From Podarcis bocagei (lineage: Eukaryota), in NCBI GenBank assembly GCA_964188305.1, contig OZ076892.1: a DNA stretch of 64,000 nt. One strand, 5' to 3'. The notes under the pieces are model-generated. The model ran no database searches. It was not told the DNA's origin and worked only from the letters and a program-made list of their open reading frames with translations. The position numbers and the translations under genes are program-made. Positions within the stretch are counted from its first letter, which is position 1. Each line of letters begins with the position of its first letter. Positions 51,044 to 61,184 of the stretch are shown one piece after another.

Positions 51044-51556
51044 TACCTGCTGGGACTGATGGGAGTTGTAGTCTACAACCTCTGGAGGGCACTATGTTGA
51101 CTAACCCTGATCTGGACATTACACAGCAACAGCGGCAACTCCCTTTCTTGGGCTTCAATCCAGATTGGGATTGCGGCACACAAGAATGACCCTTAACCTC
51201 TTTCTCCCTGTGCCACATTTCTGATGCAAACCACCTTATAAGCCAAAAAGGAACTAGTGGGGTGGTGGCAGCGGTGGGAGATTTTAGACCAGAAATGGCT
51301 CAAGGAGGAAGTGGTTTAATCCTCTTGCCTGCATGCTGTGATCCTGGTATGACTGCTAGTTCTGTGCAAAAAGAAAACAAGGGGAAGGGAAAAGAGGAAG
51401 TGGCTGTTGCTAAGCATGCTTAGCATATTGTGCATTTTGACTTGGACTACTTGTGACAGCCCTGCTCCCTCCTTGACAAGCTGAACCCCAGCCACTAGGC
51501 ATGTATGCAAAAATAATAATTTCCAGCTTCAAATAGGCAGTATAACCAGGCATACA

Positions 51557-51698
51557 NNNNNNNNNNNNNNNNNNNNNNNNNNNNNNNNNNNNNNNNNNNN
51601 NNNNNNNNNNNNNNNNNNNNNNNNNNNNNNNNNNNNNNNNNNNNNNNNNNNNNNNNNNNNNNNNNNNNNNNNNNNNNNNNNNNNNNNNNNNNNNNNNN
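51557..51698. other. assembly gap (142 N)
   Basis: N run. Confidence 1.
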
Positions 51699-53915
51699 TC
51701 ATTGCGGGAGTGTAGCCTGTTGTTTTTGGTAAGTGTGTTGTCTGACTTTTTTGTCTGTGTTTTATTTGTGTTTGTGGAAAATAGGTGAGATTCCTGTGGT
51801 GTTGTTGTTGTTGTGCTAGTGGTGGTTTTCAGCATTGTCAGTTTTTCCTCCTCCTGTGAAGTGGGTATTTTGTGGGGACCTCAAGTTATTTCGAAATGTG
51901 GCCCCTGAGCCCAAAACGTTTGGAGACCCCTGACTTGGCGAATCACACAGTCCTGCTCCAATTGATACCTTTTGTATGTTGGTCTGTATCTGAGAGCCTG
52001 GAGCAGACAAGGACTCAGTTTGCACATCACCCTAAACCTTGGCTTAAGTGCTACATTTACGAGCTGGAACAAGCCAGAGCAAAGCCTTGGGCTCGCTTGC
52101 TCTCTCCTCCTCCTGCCGAGAAAAGGATTTTGCCAGCATTTTGTTCCAGTTTCAAGAATCTTGGCTTGTTGCATCGTATCAGATCGTTGTTTAAAACATG
52201 CTCTGGTTAGTTAAACAAGCCAGCTTCATAACTCAGGGTTTGAAATTGGTTTGTTATAAACCATGATCTCTGGTTGGTACAGCACAACGAGCCAAGATTC
52301 TGTGAAACGGAAATTAAACACGGGCAAAGGGGAATTGGGGCGAGAGCCAGTGTGTGAACTCAAGGCTTTGTCTGGACTCACTTTCACTGGTGCATGTCAT
52401 TCTAAGCCAGGGGTGGGCCAGCTTCTCAGGGTCAAGGGGCCACATTCCCAGGGGGAAACGATTGGGATCACACACAGTAGGCAGCAAGCAGGGCCAAAGC
52501 AAAAAGTAGGTGGGGCCCAAAAGTGTGGAAGCTGCCCACTAGGGCACTTGGGGCACTGTTCCACCAAGCTCACCCATCTGCCACCTGCCTGCCTTCTTAC
52601 CTAGAATCAGCTTCCTTCTCCTTAGTCTCAGTGTTTTCCTAGAAGACGAGGATGACAGACAAAATTGGCTCTGCCTCCTCTTAGCTGTATGTGCTTTCTG
52701 TCTTCTTCCCTACCAGTCCCAATGGGCACCATTCACCGAAAGAAAAAATGTATTGGGTCCCCTTCTTTTATGTTTCCTCTCCTCAGAGGCGTAGGAAGGT
52801 CAGGTGGTACCCGGTGCAGAGAATTTCTTGTCACGCCCCCCCCCCCCCGCCCCACATTGTTTTTTGCCTGCTGTGGGTTTACATAATTTCATATTTTCTT
52901 ACAAAGGAATGTGGATTCTGAGCCTCTGATAACAAGTAGGAGACTATGGACAGATGCTTAAATCTACAGGATGGATTGTGTTTTGGCTTGTGTTATTTTA
53001 TTTAAATTTATTGTTTATTTATCTAATAAAATTTATTTATATATAAATAAAATTTATTTATTTTAAAAAACCTGCAAAGTGGTTTACCAAAACAAAAAAC
53101 AAACAAAAAAACACCACAGCAGTAATATCAAGAGAAATTAACAGTCCTACTTTAAAACATACAAAAGCTAAAATATTAAGATTAAAATTACTTCAACTTC
53201 CTAAGCATCTAGGTAATCTTGCCTAAAGAAGAATGCTTTTAGCAGGCGCCTGAAAAGAGTGTAGCAAAGGCACGTGCTTTGTTGAAATTTCAGCCTTCAC
53301 GACATAGGAAAACGGCCAAGTAAACAGCTGTTTTCGTGGAGGAGGGTCAAGATATTAACTGATATGCATGAAATTTCATATGTAGCTATATAATCCCTAG
53401 TGTAGAAAGATAAGACCTTTGAAGCAAGCATTTTTTTAAAAAAAGTTTTTTATGAACCGCCCTAGTAGGGCAGTCATTGTTCCTTGATAATTTGTCACCC
53501 CCCTCCATGATGGCACTTGGGGCGCCCCCCCACCCCGTTCGTACGCCCCTGCCTCTCCTCTCCCCGTTACTCATTCAGCATCCATTGTTTTTCCCTCGGT
53601 CTCTCCAACACAGACACACACTCCTTCTCTACCACTTTGTTTATTCCCCTCTTTCTTGCATTCTTCTTTCTTGCATTTTATGCTGTGAAATGCCCTGAGA
53701 TCTATGGATGAAGGGCAGTATACAAATACAAACAAACAAACAAACATTCAGTGATTCTCTTTCCAGGCTTATGAAACCTCTAAACCCGAGTTTCCTAAAC
53801 GTGGGTCTCCAGCTGTTTTTGGACTACAACTCCCACCATCCCTAGCTAGCAGGGATGATGGAACTTGAAGTCCAAAAAAACAGCTGGAGACCAGGCTCTA
53901 GATGGTTTAGATTTA

Positions 53916-54125
53916 CAGTGGTACCTCGGGTTAAGTACTTAATTCGTTCCGGAGGTCCGTTCTTAACCTGAAACTGTTCTTAACCTGAAGCACCACTTTA
54001 GCTAATGGGGCCTCCCACTGCTGTCGCGCCACCGGAGCACAATTTCTGTTCTCATCCTGAAGCAAAGTTCTTAACCTGTGGTAATATTTCTGGGTTAGCG
54101 GAGTCTGTAACCCGAGGTACCACTG
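53916..54125 (-). mobile_element. Tc1/mariner MITE, family A, inverted and internally deleted
   Basis: Reverse complement of 1588-1829 with TA flanks. Confidence 0.9.
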
Positions 54126-54237
54126 TACATCCAATATGGCCCTTCTCACACTTACTTCTCATTACGATGCTAAACTGCCTCTGGGATGTTACCACTTTGA
54201 GGCTGTGGTTTGGATTCCCATGATAGACTATTCATTT

Positions 54238-54496
54238 GAAGAAGAAGAAGAAGAAGAAAAGTTTGGATTTGATATCCCGCCTTTCACTCCCCTTCAGGAG
54301 TCTCAAAGTGGCTAACAATCTCCTTTCCCTTCCTCCCCCACAACAAACACTCTGTGAGGTGAGTGGGGCTGAGAGACTTCAGAGAAGTGTGACTGGCCCA
54401 AGGTCACCCAGCAGCTGCATGTGGAGGAGCGGAGACGCGAACCCAGTTCCCCAGATTACGAGACTACCGGTCTTAACCACTACACCACACTGGCTC
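54238..54496 (-). mobile_element. tRNA-derived CORE-like SINE (Squam3-like), young subfamily
   Basis: Near-identical to 8242-8495; (GAA)n at left is the tail. Confidence 0.85.
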
Positions 54497-54829
54497 TCAA
54501 CATTTGGGTGCATCCCCTGCATGTGTCAGTGCAGAAGGTGAGGCTGGACCTCCTGACAGTGCTTGTTTTCTGTGTGTGAGGATGTTGTTGTTGTTTATTA
54601 GCTTTTTTCCATGGAGGAACATTCCCTCACCTGCAGGAGCCCCCACCTGCAGCCTGAAGTGCAGCTCAAGCCCTGATTTATCAACACCTTAGGCCTCAAC
54701 CTCAACATCACCCCCTCTACCTCTGCCCGCACCCAGGCTCCACTTTGCATTTCTAATGAGCTTTATTTATGTACTTATTACACTTGTGCTCAACCTTTCC
54801 TTCAATGAGTTCAGAGTACCATTCATGGC

Positions 54830-54936
54830 CTGCTCGTTTCTACAGCACATACACTAAAAGTGGAATGACGCAGAGAAGATTAGCCTGGCCGCTGCGCAAG
54901 CATGACACGCAAATTCGTGGCGCGTTCCACATTTTT
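54830..54936 (+). pseudogene. RNU6: U6 snRNA processed pseudogene
   Basis: Full-length colinear match to vertebrate U6 with about 15 substitutions in 107 nt by hand count; ACAGAGA box changed to GCAGAGA; upstream is SINE, with no PSE/TATA. Confidence 0.95.
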
Positions 54937-55075
54937 CCAATAATGCTTTCACATTAAATAAAAGAAGCATCCATGGTTACCCCAACCCCTCATGTTATCC
55001 TCACAACAACCCTGCGAAGTAGTCACAGCCCCAAATCGCCCAGTGGACTTCATGGCTGAGTACGGATTTGAACTT

Positions 55076-55411
55076 TTTTTTTTAAAAAAAATTATTTAAT
55101 CTTTTTTTTGACACAAACAACAACCGCAAAAGACACTACAACAAAAACCATAACAACAAAAATAACACAATTTAACAATTCAGATTTAAATACACTGATA
55201 TACCTATGATTGCACCTTTTAAACAATTTCCCACCTCTCTCTCCTCCTCCCACTTCCCACCACTATCCGCCTTATGGCTTAAATATTCCTTCCTGATTTC
55301 TTCATATTTATCCATTCTTAATTTGCATCAACATGCAATTTGTTCATATGTAGCTAATCTGTCCATATTATCAATCAATGGAATCTTTTGGCGGCTCTTC
55401 CAATTCATCAG
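55076..55411 (-). mobile_element. L1-clade LINE 3' fragment
   Basis: T-run at left; perfect TSD GGATTTGAACTT (55064-55075, 55412-55423); minus strand reads MNWKSRQKIPLID...YEQIA, like a non-mammalian L1 ORF2 C-terminus, then a G-rich and GT-rich UTR. Confidence 0.75.
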
Positions 55412-55649
55412 GGATTTGAACTTGAGTTTTCCCAGCTCAGTGCTCTAACCACTACACAACACTGGAGGCAGGAGCGGAGTCAAGTCAGTTTGCTGTGACA
55501 TGGCACTTGGGGTGTCCAGTGGCACTGAGGTAGACGTCTCCCCTGACAGTCTGATCTGGATTGGCGCCTCCCAACCTGCTGGGATCTTTCCCAGGATTCA
55601 GTTCCTTCAGCTCCCATTCTCAACCCCTTTCGCCTCCTCGATATCTTGG

Positions 55650-56390
55650 CCAACAGTGTGATGCAGCAGGAGCAGCAGCAAGAAAGAAAGAAAGAAAAAA
55701 GCTAGTGCTATTTTAGGCTGCATTAGCAGAAATATAGTGTCCTGATCAAGGGAAGTCATAGTACCACTCTGTTCTGCCTTGGTAAGACCACACCTGGAAT
55801 ACTGTGTCCAGTTCTGGGTGCCACAATTTAAGAAGGGTGTTGACATGGTGGAACGTGTGCAGAGGAGGGAGACCAAGATGATCAAGGGTCTGGAGACCAA
55901 GCCTTATGAGGAACAGTTGAAGGAGCTGGGTATGTTTAGCCTGGAAAAGAGGAGAAAGAGAGGAGATCATAGAATTGTAAAATGGAAGGGACCATGAGGA
56001 TCAACCTTCTGCAGTGGAGGAATCTTGTGCCCAGTGTGGGACTTTAACTCACAACCTTTGAAGATGGCTATCATATCTAAAAGGCTGTCACATGGAAGAT
56101 GGAGCAAGTTTGTTTTCTCCTGCTCCAGAGGATAGGACCCAAGTCAATGGATTCAAGTTACAAGAAAGGAGATTCCGACTAAACATCAGGAAGAACTTTC
56201 TGATGGTTAGAGCTGTTTGACAGTGGAACGGACTCCCACGAGAGATGGCGGACTCTCCTTCCTTGGAAGTTTTAAAGCAGAGATTGGATGGCCATCTGTT
56301 ATAAATGATCTTGTTGAGATTCCTGCATTTGCAAGGAGTTGGGCTAGATGATACTCCAGGTCCCTTCCAACTCTACAATTCCACGATTCT
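55650..56390 (+). mobile_element. CR1 LINE 3' fragment
   Basis: [19 protein letters not shown]...[17 protein letters not shown]; 3' end GGTCCCTTCCAACTCTACAATTCCACGATTCT. Confidence 0.95.
55965..56065 (-). mobile_element. 5'-truncated tRNA-Lys/CR1-tail SINE inserted antisense within the CR1
   Basis: Minus strand: AAGGTTGTGAGTTAAAGTCCCACACTGGGCACAAGATTCCTCCACTGCAG...GGTCCCTTCCATTTTACAATTCTATGATC. Confidence 0.6.
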
Positions 56391-57287
56391 ATATCCATGG
56401 GTTTGATGAGAATTATTCTTTTTCCCAGTTTATTTCCCACCTTCACCATCTGGTTCCAGGGCATATTGCAGCAATTTCAAAAAATCAATGATGTACGATC
56501 ATAAGAATAAGGTGGGTTCCGAAAGCATATACCTCACATGTCAAAGGCCACGTCCCTTGATTTGGTGAGAACCTGCTGCTGTTTTGCACACCTTACTGTT
56601 AAGTTGCCCTACTAATAATGATTTAAAATAGCTCTGTGCGGGGACCTGCAACAGCCCTGCAATCTCACAATGTGGGTCTCACCTTCTCCTGTGAGTTATA
56701 TTCTGTTGTGTTAGCTCTTGATCCAGCCGCTTGCACATTTTCACATGATTGTTATTTTCTTGCTTCGTTGGCCATAGGGTATTTAACCTCCGTAATGATA
56801 ATACATTCATGGATTGTGTCAACACTTGAATTAAACCTTTGGTTCTCTAGTGCTTTCACATGAAGGGATCATGGGCTGCTTTGATTGAGGTGGCACTAGA
56901 AACTGCAGCTTCTAGTGCATGTTAAGTAACAAAAGCTTTTTCAAGTGCCTTCGTTCCTTTCAACATCCATTGTTTTCTGCGGCCTCTAGATCGGGAAGAT
57001 GTTCTTGCAATCCTGCAGGTGTGTGTACAGTTATCGTGGGTAGGAATCGTTGTGTATGCTGCGCTGCAAATTACAAAATGAAAACCTAGGTGTCTATAAC
57101 AAGCTTTCCACCATATAAATTCATGCCCTGGTAACCTCAAGGTGGTATTCAACTAAGTTGTACCCACAGCAGACTCATTAAAACCATTGAACTTGGCTAA
57201 GATAGGACCAGTAATTTCAATGGGTCTACTCGGAGTGAGACCTAGCTGAATGCTACCCCCTTGCTTACTGAATCTTTGGACCTGGGC

Positions 57288-57495
57288 TCAAAGCTCCTGG
57301 CTGTGCAAAACGTCACAGCTAGACTCTTGGTGGAGATAGCAAACTACTGCCAGCAAATCGGCCTGATCCTTAATAGCTTGCACTGGCTGCCCATTTGTTA
57401 CTGGGCCAAGGTCAAAATTCTTACATTAATTTACAAGGCTCTTCCCAATTTGGGCCAAGGATATCTTAAGGACCTGGTCCCTTATATCCCAGCCC
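57288..57495 (+). mobile_element. old L2 ORF2 fragment
   Basis: KLLAVQNVTARLL...LHWLPICYWAKVKILTLIYKAL...GYLKD. Confidence 0.75.
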
Positions 57496-57772
57496 ATATC
57501 CACTGGAAGCCATGCATACAAAAGTGTGAATAATAATAACAACAGTAGTAGTAGTAGTAGTAGTAGTTATTTCTTCCCTCCTGGCTGAGATTAGACTAGC
57601 CTATAGACCGTTCTTTTTTTTAAGCAGACATTTTAAGGAATTTTTCTGTTTTCATTTTATTCATTACACCCTGTAGAAACCTCAACAATAAAGCGTTACA
57701 GAAATACCTCAAGTAAATTTTTAAAAAAATCAATATATTGCACAAATAAAGCAAATGGTTGAATATTCACAC

Positions 57773-57987
57773 AATTTATTTATTGCACACCACCGTTATC
57801 TTCGAAGGTGCTCAAGGTGGTTGTACAAGGTTCTCCACGTCTGCATTTCATCCACACAACAACCCTGTGAGGTAGGTTAGGCTAAGAGATGATGACTGGC
57901 CCAAGGTCACCCAGTGTTAGCTTCATGGCTGAGTGGGGATTTGAATGCTGGTCCCCCAGGTCATAGTCCAACACTCTAACCATTACT
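57773..57987 (-). mobile_element. older CORE-like tRNA SINE
   Basis: CACAACAACCCTGTGAGGTAGGTTAGGCT...GGCCCAAGGTCACCCAG...GGATTTGAA. Confidence 0.8.
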
Positions 57988-58230
57988 TCAAAGAATTCTG
58001 GGAGCTGTAGTTTCTTAAGGGTGCTGGGAGTTGTTAGGAAATTCCTATTCCTCTCCCTCTATTCCGTTCCCAGAGTCCTTTAACAGTCAGTCCCTTTCCC
58101 CAGGGAACTCGGGGAATTGTAGCTCTGTGATGGGAACAGTGGTCTCCTAACAACTCTCAGCACCCTTAAGAAACTACAGCTCTTTGGAGGAAGTCACGAT
58201 TGTTTTCATAACATAATGCTTTAAACATGT

Positions 58231-58539
58231 GGCATGTCCGGGTGGCGCTGTGGTCTAAACCACTGAGCCTCTTGGGCTTGCTGATTGGAAGGTTGGCGGT
58301 TCGAATACCCGCAATGGAGTGAGCTCTCGTTGCTCTGTCCCAGCTCCTGCCAACCTAGCAGTTTGAAAGCACACCAGTGCAAGCAAATAAATAGGAAGGT
58401 AAACGGCATTTCTGTGTGCTCTGGCATCCGTCACGGTGTTCCGTTGCGCCCGAAGAGGTTTAATCCTGCTGGCCATATGACCCAGAAAGCTGTCTGTGGA
58501 CAAATACCAGCTCCCTCTGCCTGAAAAGCGAGATAATAG

Positions 58540-58582
<43 letters not shown>

Positions 58583-59652
58583 TTTTATTTATATCCCGCC
58601 CTCCCCAGCCGAAGTCGGGCTCAGGGCGTCTAACAACAATAAAACAGTACAACACAACACAACACTCTAAAATCATTAATTTTATAATGAATTCAAATCA
58701 AACCAATGGCAACCATTGGGCCAGAGGTCCGCGAAGATCGCCAAAGGAGGTAGTCAGTCTGTGCCCTGGCCAAAGGCCTGGTGGAACAGCTCTGTCTTGC
58801 AGGCCCTGTGGAAGGATGTCAAGTCCCGCAGGGCCCTAGTCTCTTGTGACAGAGTGTTCCACCAGATCGGAGCCACAGCCGAAAAAGCCCTGGCTCTAGT
58901 TGAGGCCAGCCTAACCTCTCTGTGGCCTGGGACCTTCAAGATGTTTTTATTTGAAGACCGTAAATTTCTCTGTGGGACATACCAGGAGAGGCGGTCCTGT
59001 AGGTACGAGGGTCCTAGGCCGTATAGGGCTTTAAAGGTTAAAACCAGCACCTTAAACCTGATCCTGTACTCCACCGGGAGCCAGTGCAGCTGGTATAGCA
59101 CCGGGTGAATGTGATATCGCAGCGAGGACCCCGTAAGGAGTCTCGCTGCAGCATTCTGCACCCGCTGGAGTTTCTGGGTCAGTCTCAAGGGCAGCCCCAC
59201 ATAGAGCGAGTTACAATAATCAAGTCTGGAGGTGACCGTCACGTGGATCACAGTGGCTAGGTCAGGGCGAGAGAGGTAAGGAGCCAACTGCTTAGCTTGG
59301 CAGAGATGGAAAAATGCCGCCTTTGTTATAGCTGCAGTCTGCGCCTCCATGGAAAGGGAGGTGTCGAAGATTACACCCAAACTCTTAACGGACGGTGCTG
59401 GCACTAATTGCGCCCCCGCAAGAGATGGGAGTTGCCCCCCATCCCATATTGTCCCGTCCCAGCCACAGGACCTCTGTCTTCGAAGGATTTAGCTTCAACC
59501 GGCTCCCATGTAACCATCCAGCCACAGCTTCCAAACATCTGGTCAGTGTGTCTGGGGCCGAGTCAGGATGGCCATCCATCAACAGATAGAGTTGAGCGCC
59601 ACAACCCCGTAGTTGCCTTTGAAGCAACTTCCAGGGGTCCTTTATCTTTACC
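58231..59652 (+). mobile_element. older Sauria SINE split by an L2 insertion (58231-58534 plus 59594-59652)
   Basis: GGGTGGCGCTGTGGTCTAAACC head; AAAGCGAGAT resumes as GAGCGCCACAACCCC...GGGGTCCTTTATCTTTACC after the L2. Confidence 0.85.
58535..59593 (-). mobile_element. young L2 LINE 3' fragment
   Basis: 216-aa open frame 58754-59404 (SVKSLGVIFD, SRLDYCNSLYVGLP, QRVQNAAARLL, LHWLPVEYRIRFKVLVLTFKAL) plus QLYLL...LKLNPSKTEVL in the adjacent frame; (TAT)n tail. Confidence 0.95.
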
Positions 59653-60174
59653 GATACCTTTATGACATGAATGTTGCCTTGGTTTGCATAAGTTACGCTG
59701 CTTTTGTTAGCTTGTATGTGTGTAAGGGTGTTTGTGAGATGGTGATGGTGATTTCTTTTCTATACCACTTGTTATTTTAAAGAAAAAAAAATCTCAAAGC
59801 GGTTTACAACACATTAAAACATTTTTTAAAAATCCAAAATAAAACAAATTCAAGCGTCAAGGAAAATATTTCTGATTCTTTTGTAAGTGACGTTTTCCTT
59901 TCCCCATACTTGGTGAGTGAGAATGAGTATGGAACTCTGGAGCTCCAGCCGTTCTCTGCCTTCCGACATCCCACCAGGCATTGCCCAAACATGCTTCAAG
60001 TTTATCTTTGCGCCTGGGAAGTCTCAAATGGAGACGATGCTTTTCTTTTGATTGTCTTCGGGGGAAGGAGGAAGAACAGAAGGAATTCTAGGGAGCAAAA
60101 CGCTGTGGATGATAAATTCTGCACTGTCGAAGTGCAATGATGGAAGGGAAGCATTCCAACCCCCCTGCAATTAC

Positions 60175-60220
<46 letters not shown>
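60175..60220. repeat. (AAT)n microsatellite
   Basis: Read directly. Confidence 0.95.
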
Positions 60221-60221
<1 letters not shown>

Positions 60222-60454
60222 GGTTTGTCCCAACATTTCCATTCGCGCAATCAGATTGCTTAAAGAGCGATGGAAAGAATGTTTGTCACTCTTTGAGTTG
60301 TGCACAAGGGTGGAATAAGGATTCTCCCATGTGTCGGTGGTAAGAATACAGAGCCAGGGGGTGGTGTTAATTCTGGGTTAATCCATCTAGAGTGCATATA
60401 TGTTTTTGTATTTCTAGTTGTGGAATGGGATGGGAAGAGGCATAGGGTAACAGA

Positions 60455-61184
60455 GAAGTGCAGAGTATTTGAGGACCGGGACATTTGCAGGGAAACCAAA
60501 ATGCTTGTTTACAAAGCTATTGAACTACCAACCCTACTGTATGCTAGTGAAACATGGACCACTTATAAACTCCATCTCCAACTCCTCAAAAGATTCCATC
60601 AACGATGTCGCCGAAAAATTGTACATATCACTTGGGAAGACAGGCGAACTAATACCAGTGTACTGGAAGAAGCAAAGATCACCAGTGTCAAAGCAATGAT
60701 TCTTCAACATCAGCTTCATTGGACTGGTCATGTTGTGTGGATGTCTGATTATTATCTTCCAAAGCAACTACTCTATTCTGAACTTAAAAATGGAAAGCGT
60801 AATGCTGGTGGTCAACAAAAGAGGTTCAAAGACTGTCTCAAAGCAAATCTAAAAAAATGTTGTATAAACACCAACAATTGGGAAACACTTGCCTGCGAGC
60901 ACTCCAGTTGGAGAACAGCCTTTACCAAATGTGTCAGGGCTTTGAAGACACTCAAACTCAAGATGCAAGGGAGAAACGTGCTAAGAGGAAGGCACACTTG
61001 GCAAATCCACAACATGATCAACTCCAGCCCGGAAACCAATGTCCCCACTGTGGAAGGATGTGTGGATCCAGAACTGGCCTCCACAGTCACTTATGGATTC
61101 ATTGTTAAAACCATGTTTATAGAAGACAATCTTACTTGGCTGCAAGTGATTGCAGAGGAGGAGGAGGAGGAGGAGGAGGAGGAG
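60455..61184 (+). mobile_element. RTE-clade LINE 3' fragment (non-BovB, C-terminal zinc finger)
   Basis: TKMLVYKAI..PTLLYASETWT, RFHQRC.RKI, WTGHV, LPKQLLYSEL..GKRNAGGQQKRFKD; shifted frame ends CPHCGRMCGSRTGLHSHLWIH; (GAG)n tail. Confidence 0.92.

Larger units (their letters stand above)
54762..55465 (-). mobile_element. older CORE-like SINE split into three pieces by two insertions
   Basis: Pieces 54762-54828, 54968-55075 and 55412-55465 join into the same sequence as 16968-17190 and 57773-57987. Confidence 0.75.

Noticed and set aside
54830-54936. Functional U6 gene
   Set aside because: Mutated ACAGAGA box, about 15 substitutions, no upstream PSE/TATA, embedded in a SINE with TSD
58754-59404. 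216-aa ORF
   Set aside because: L2 ORF2 C-terminal fragment lacking endonuclease and most of RT
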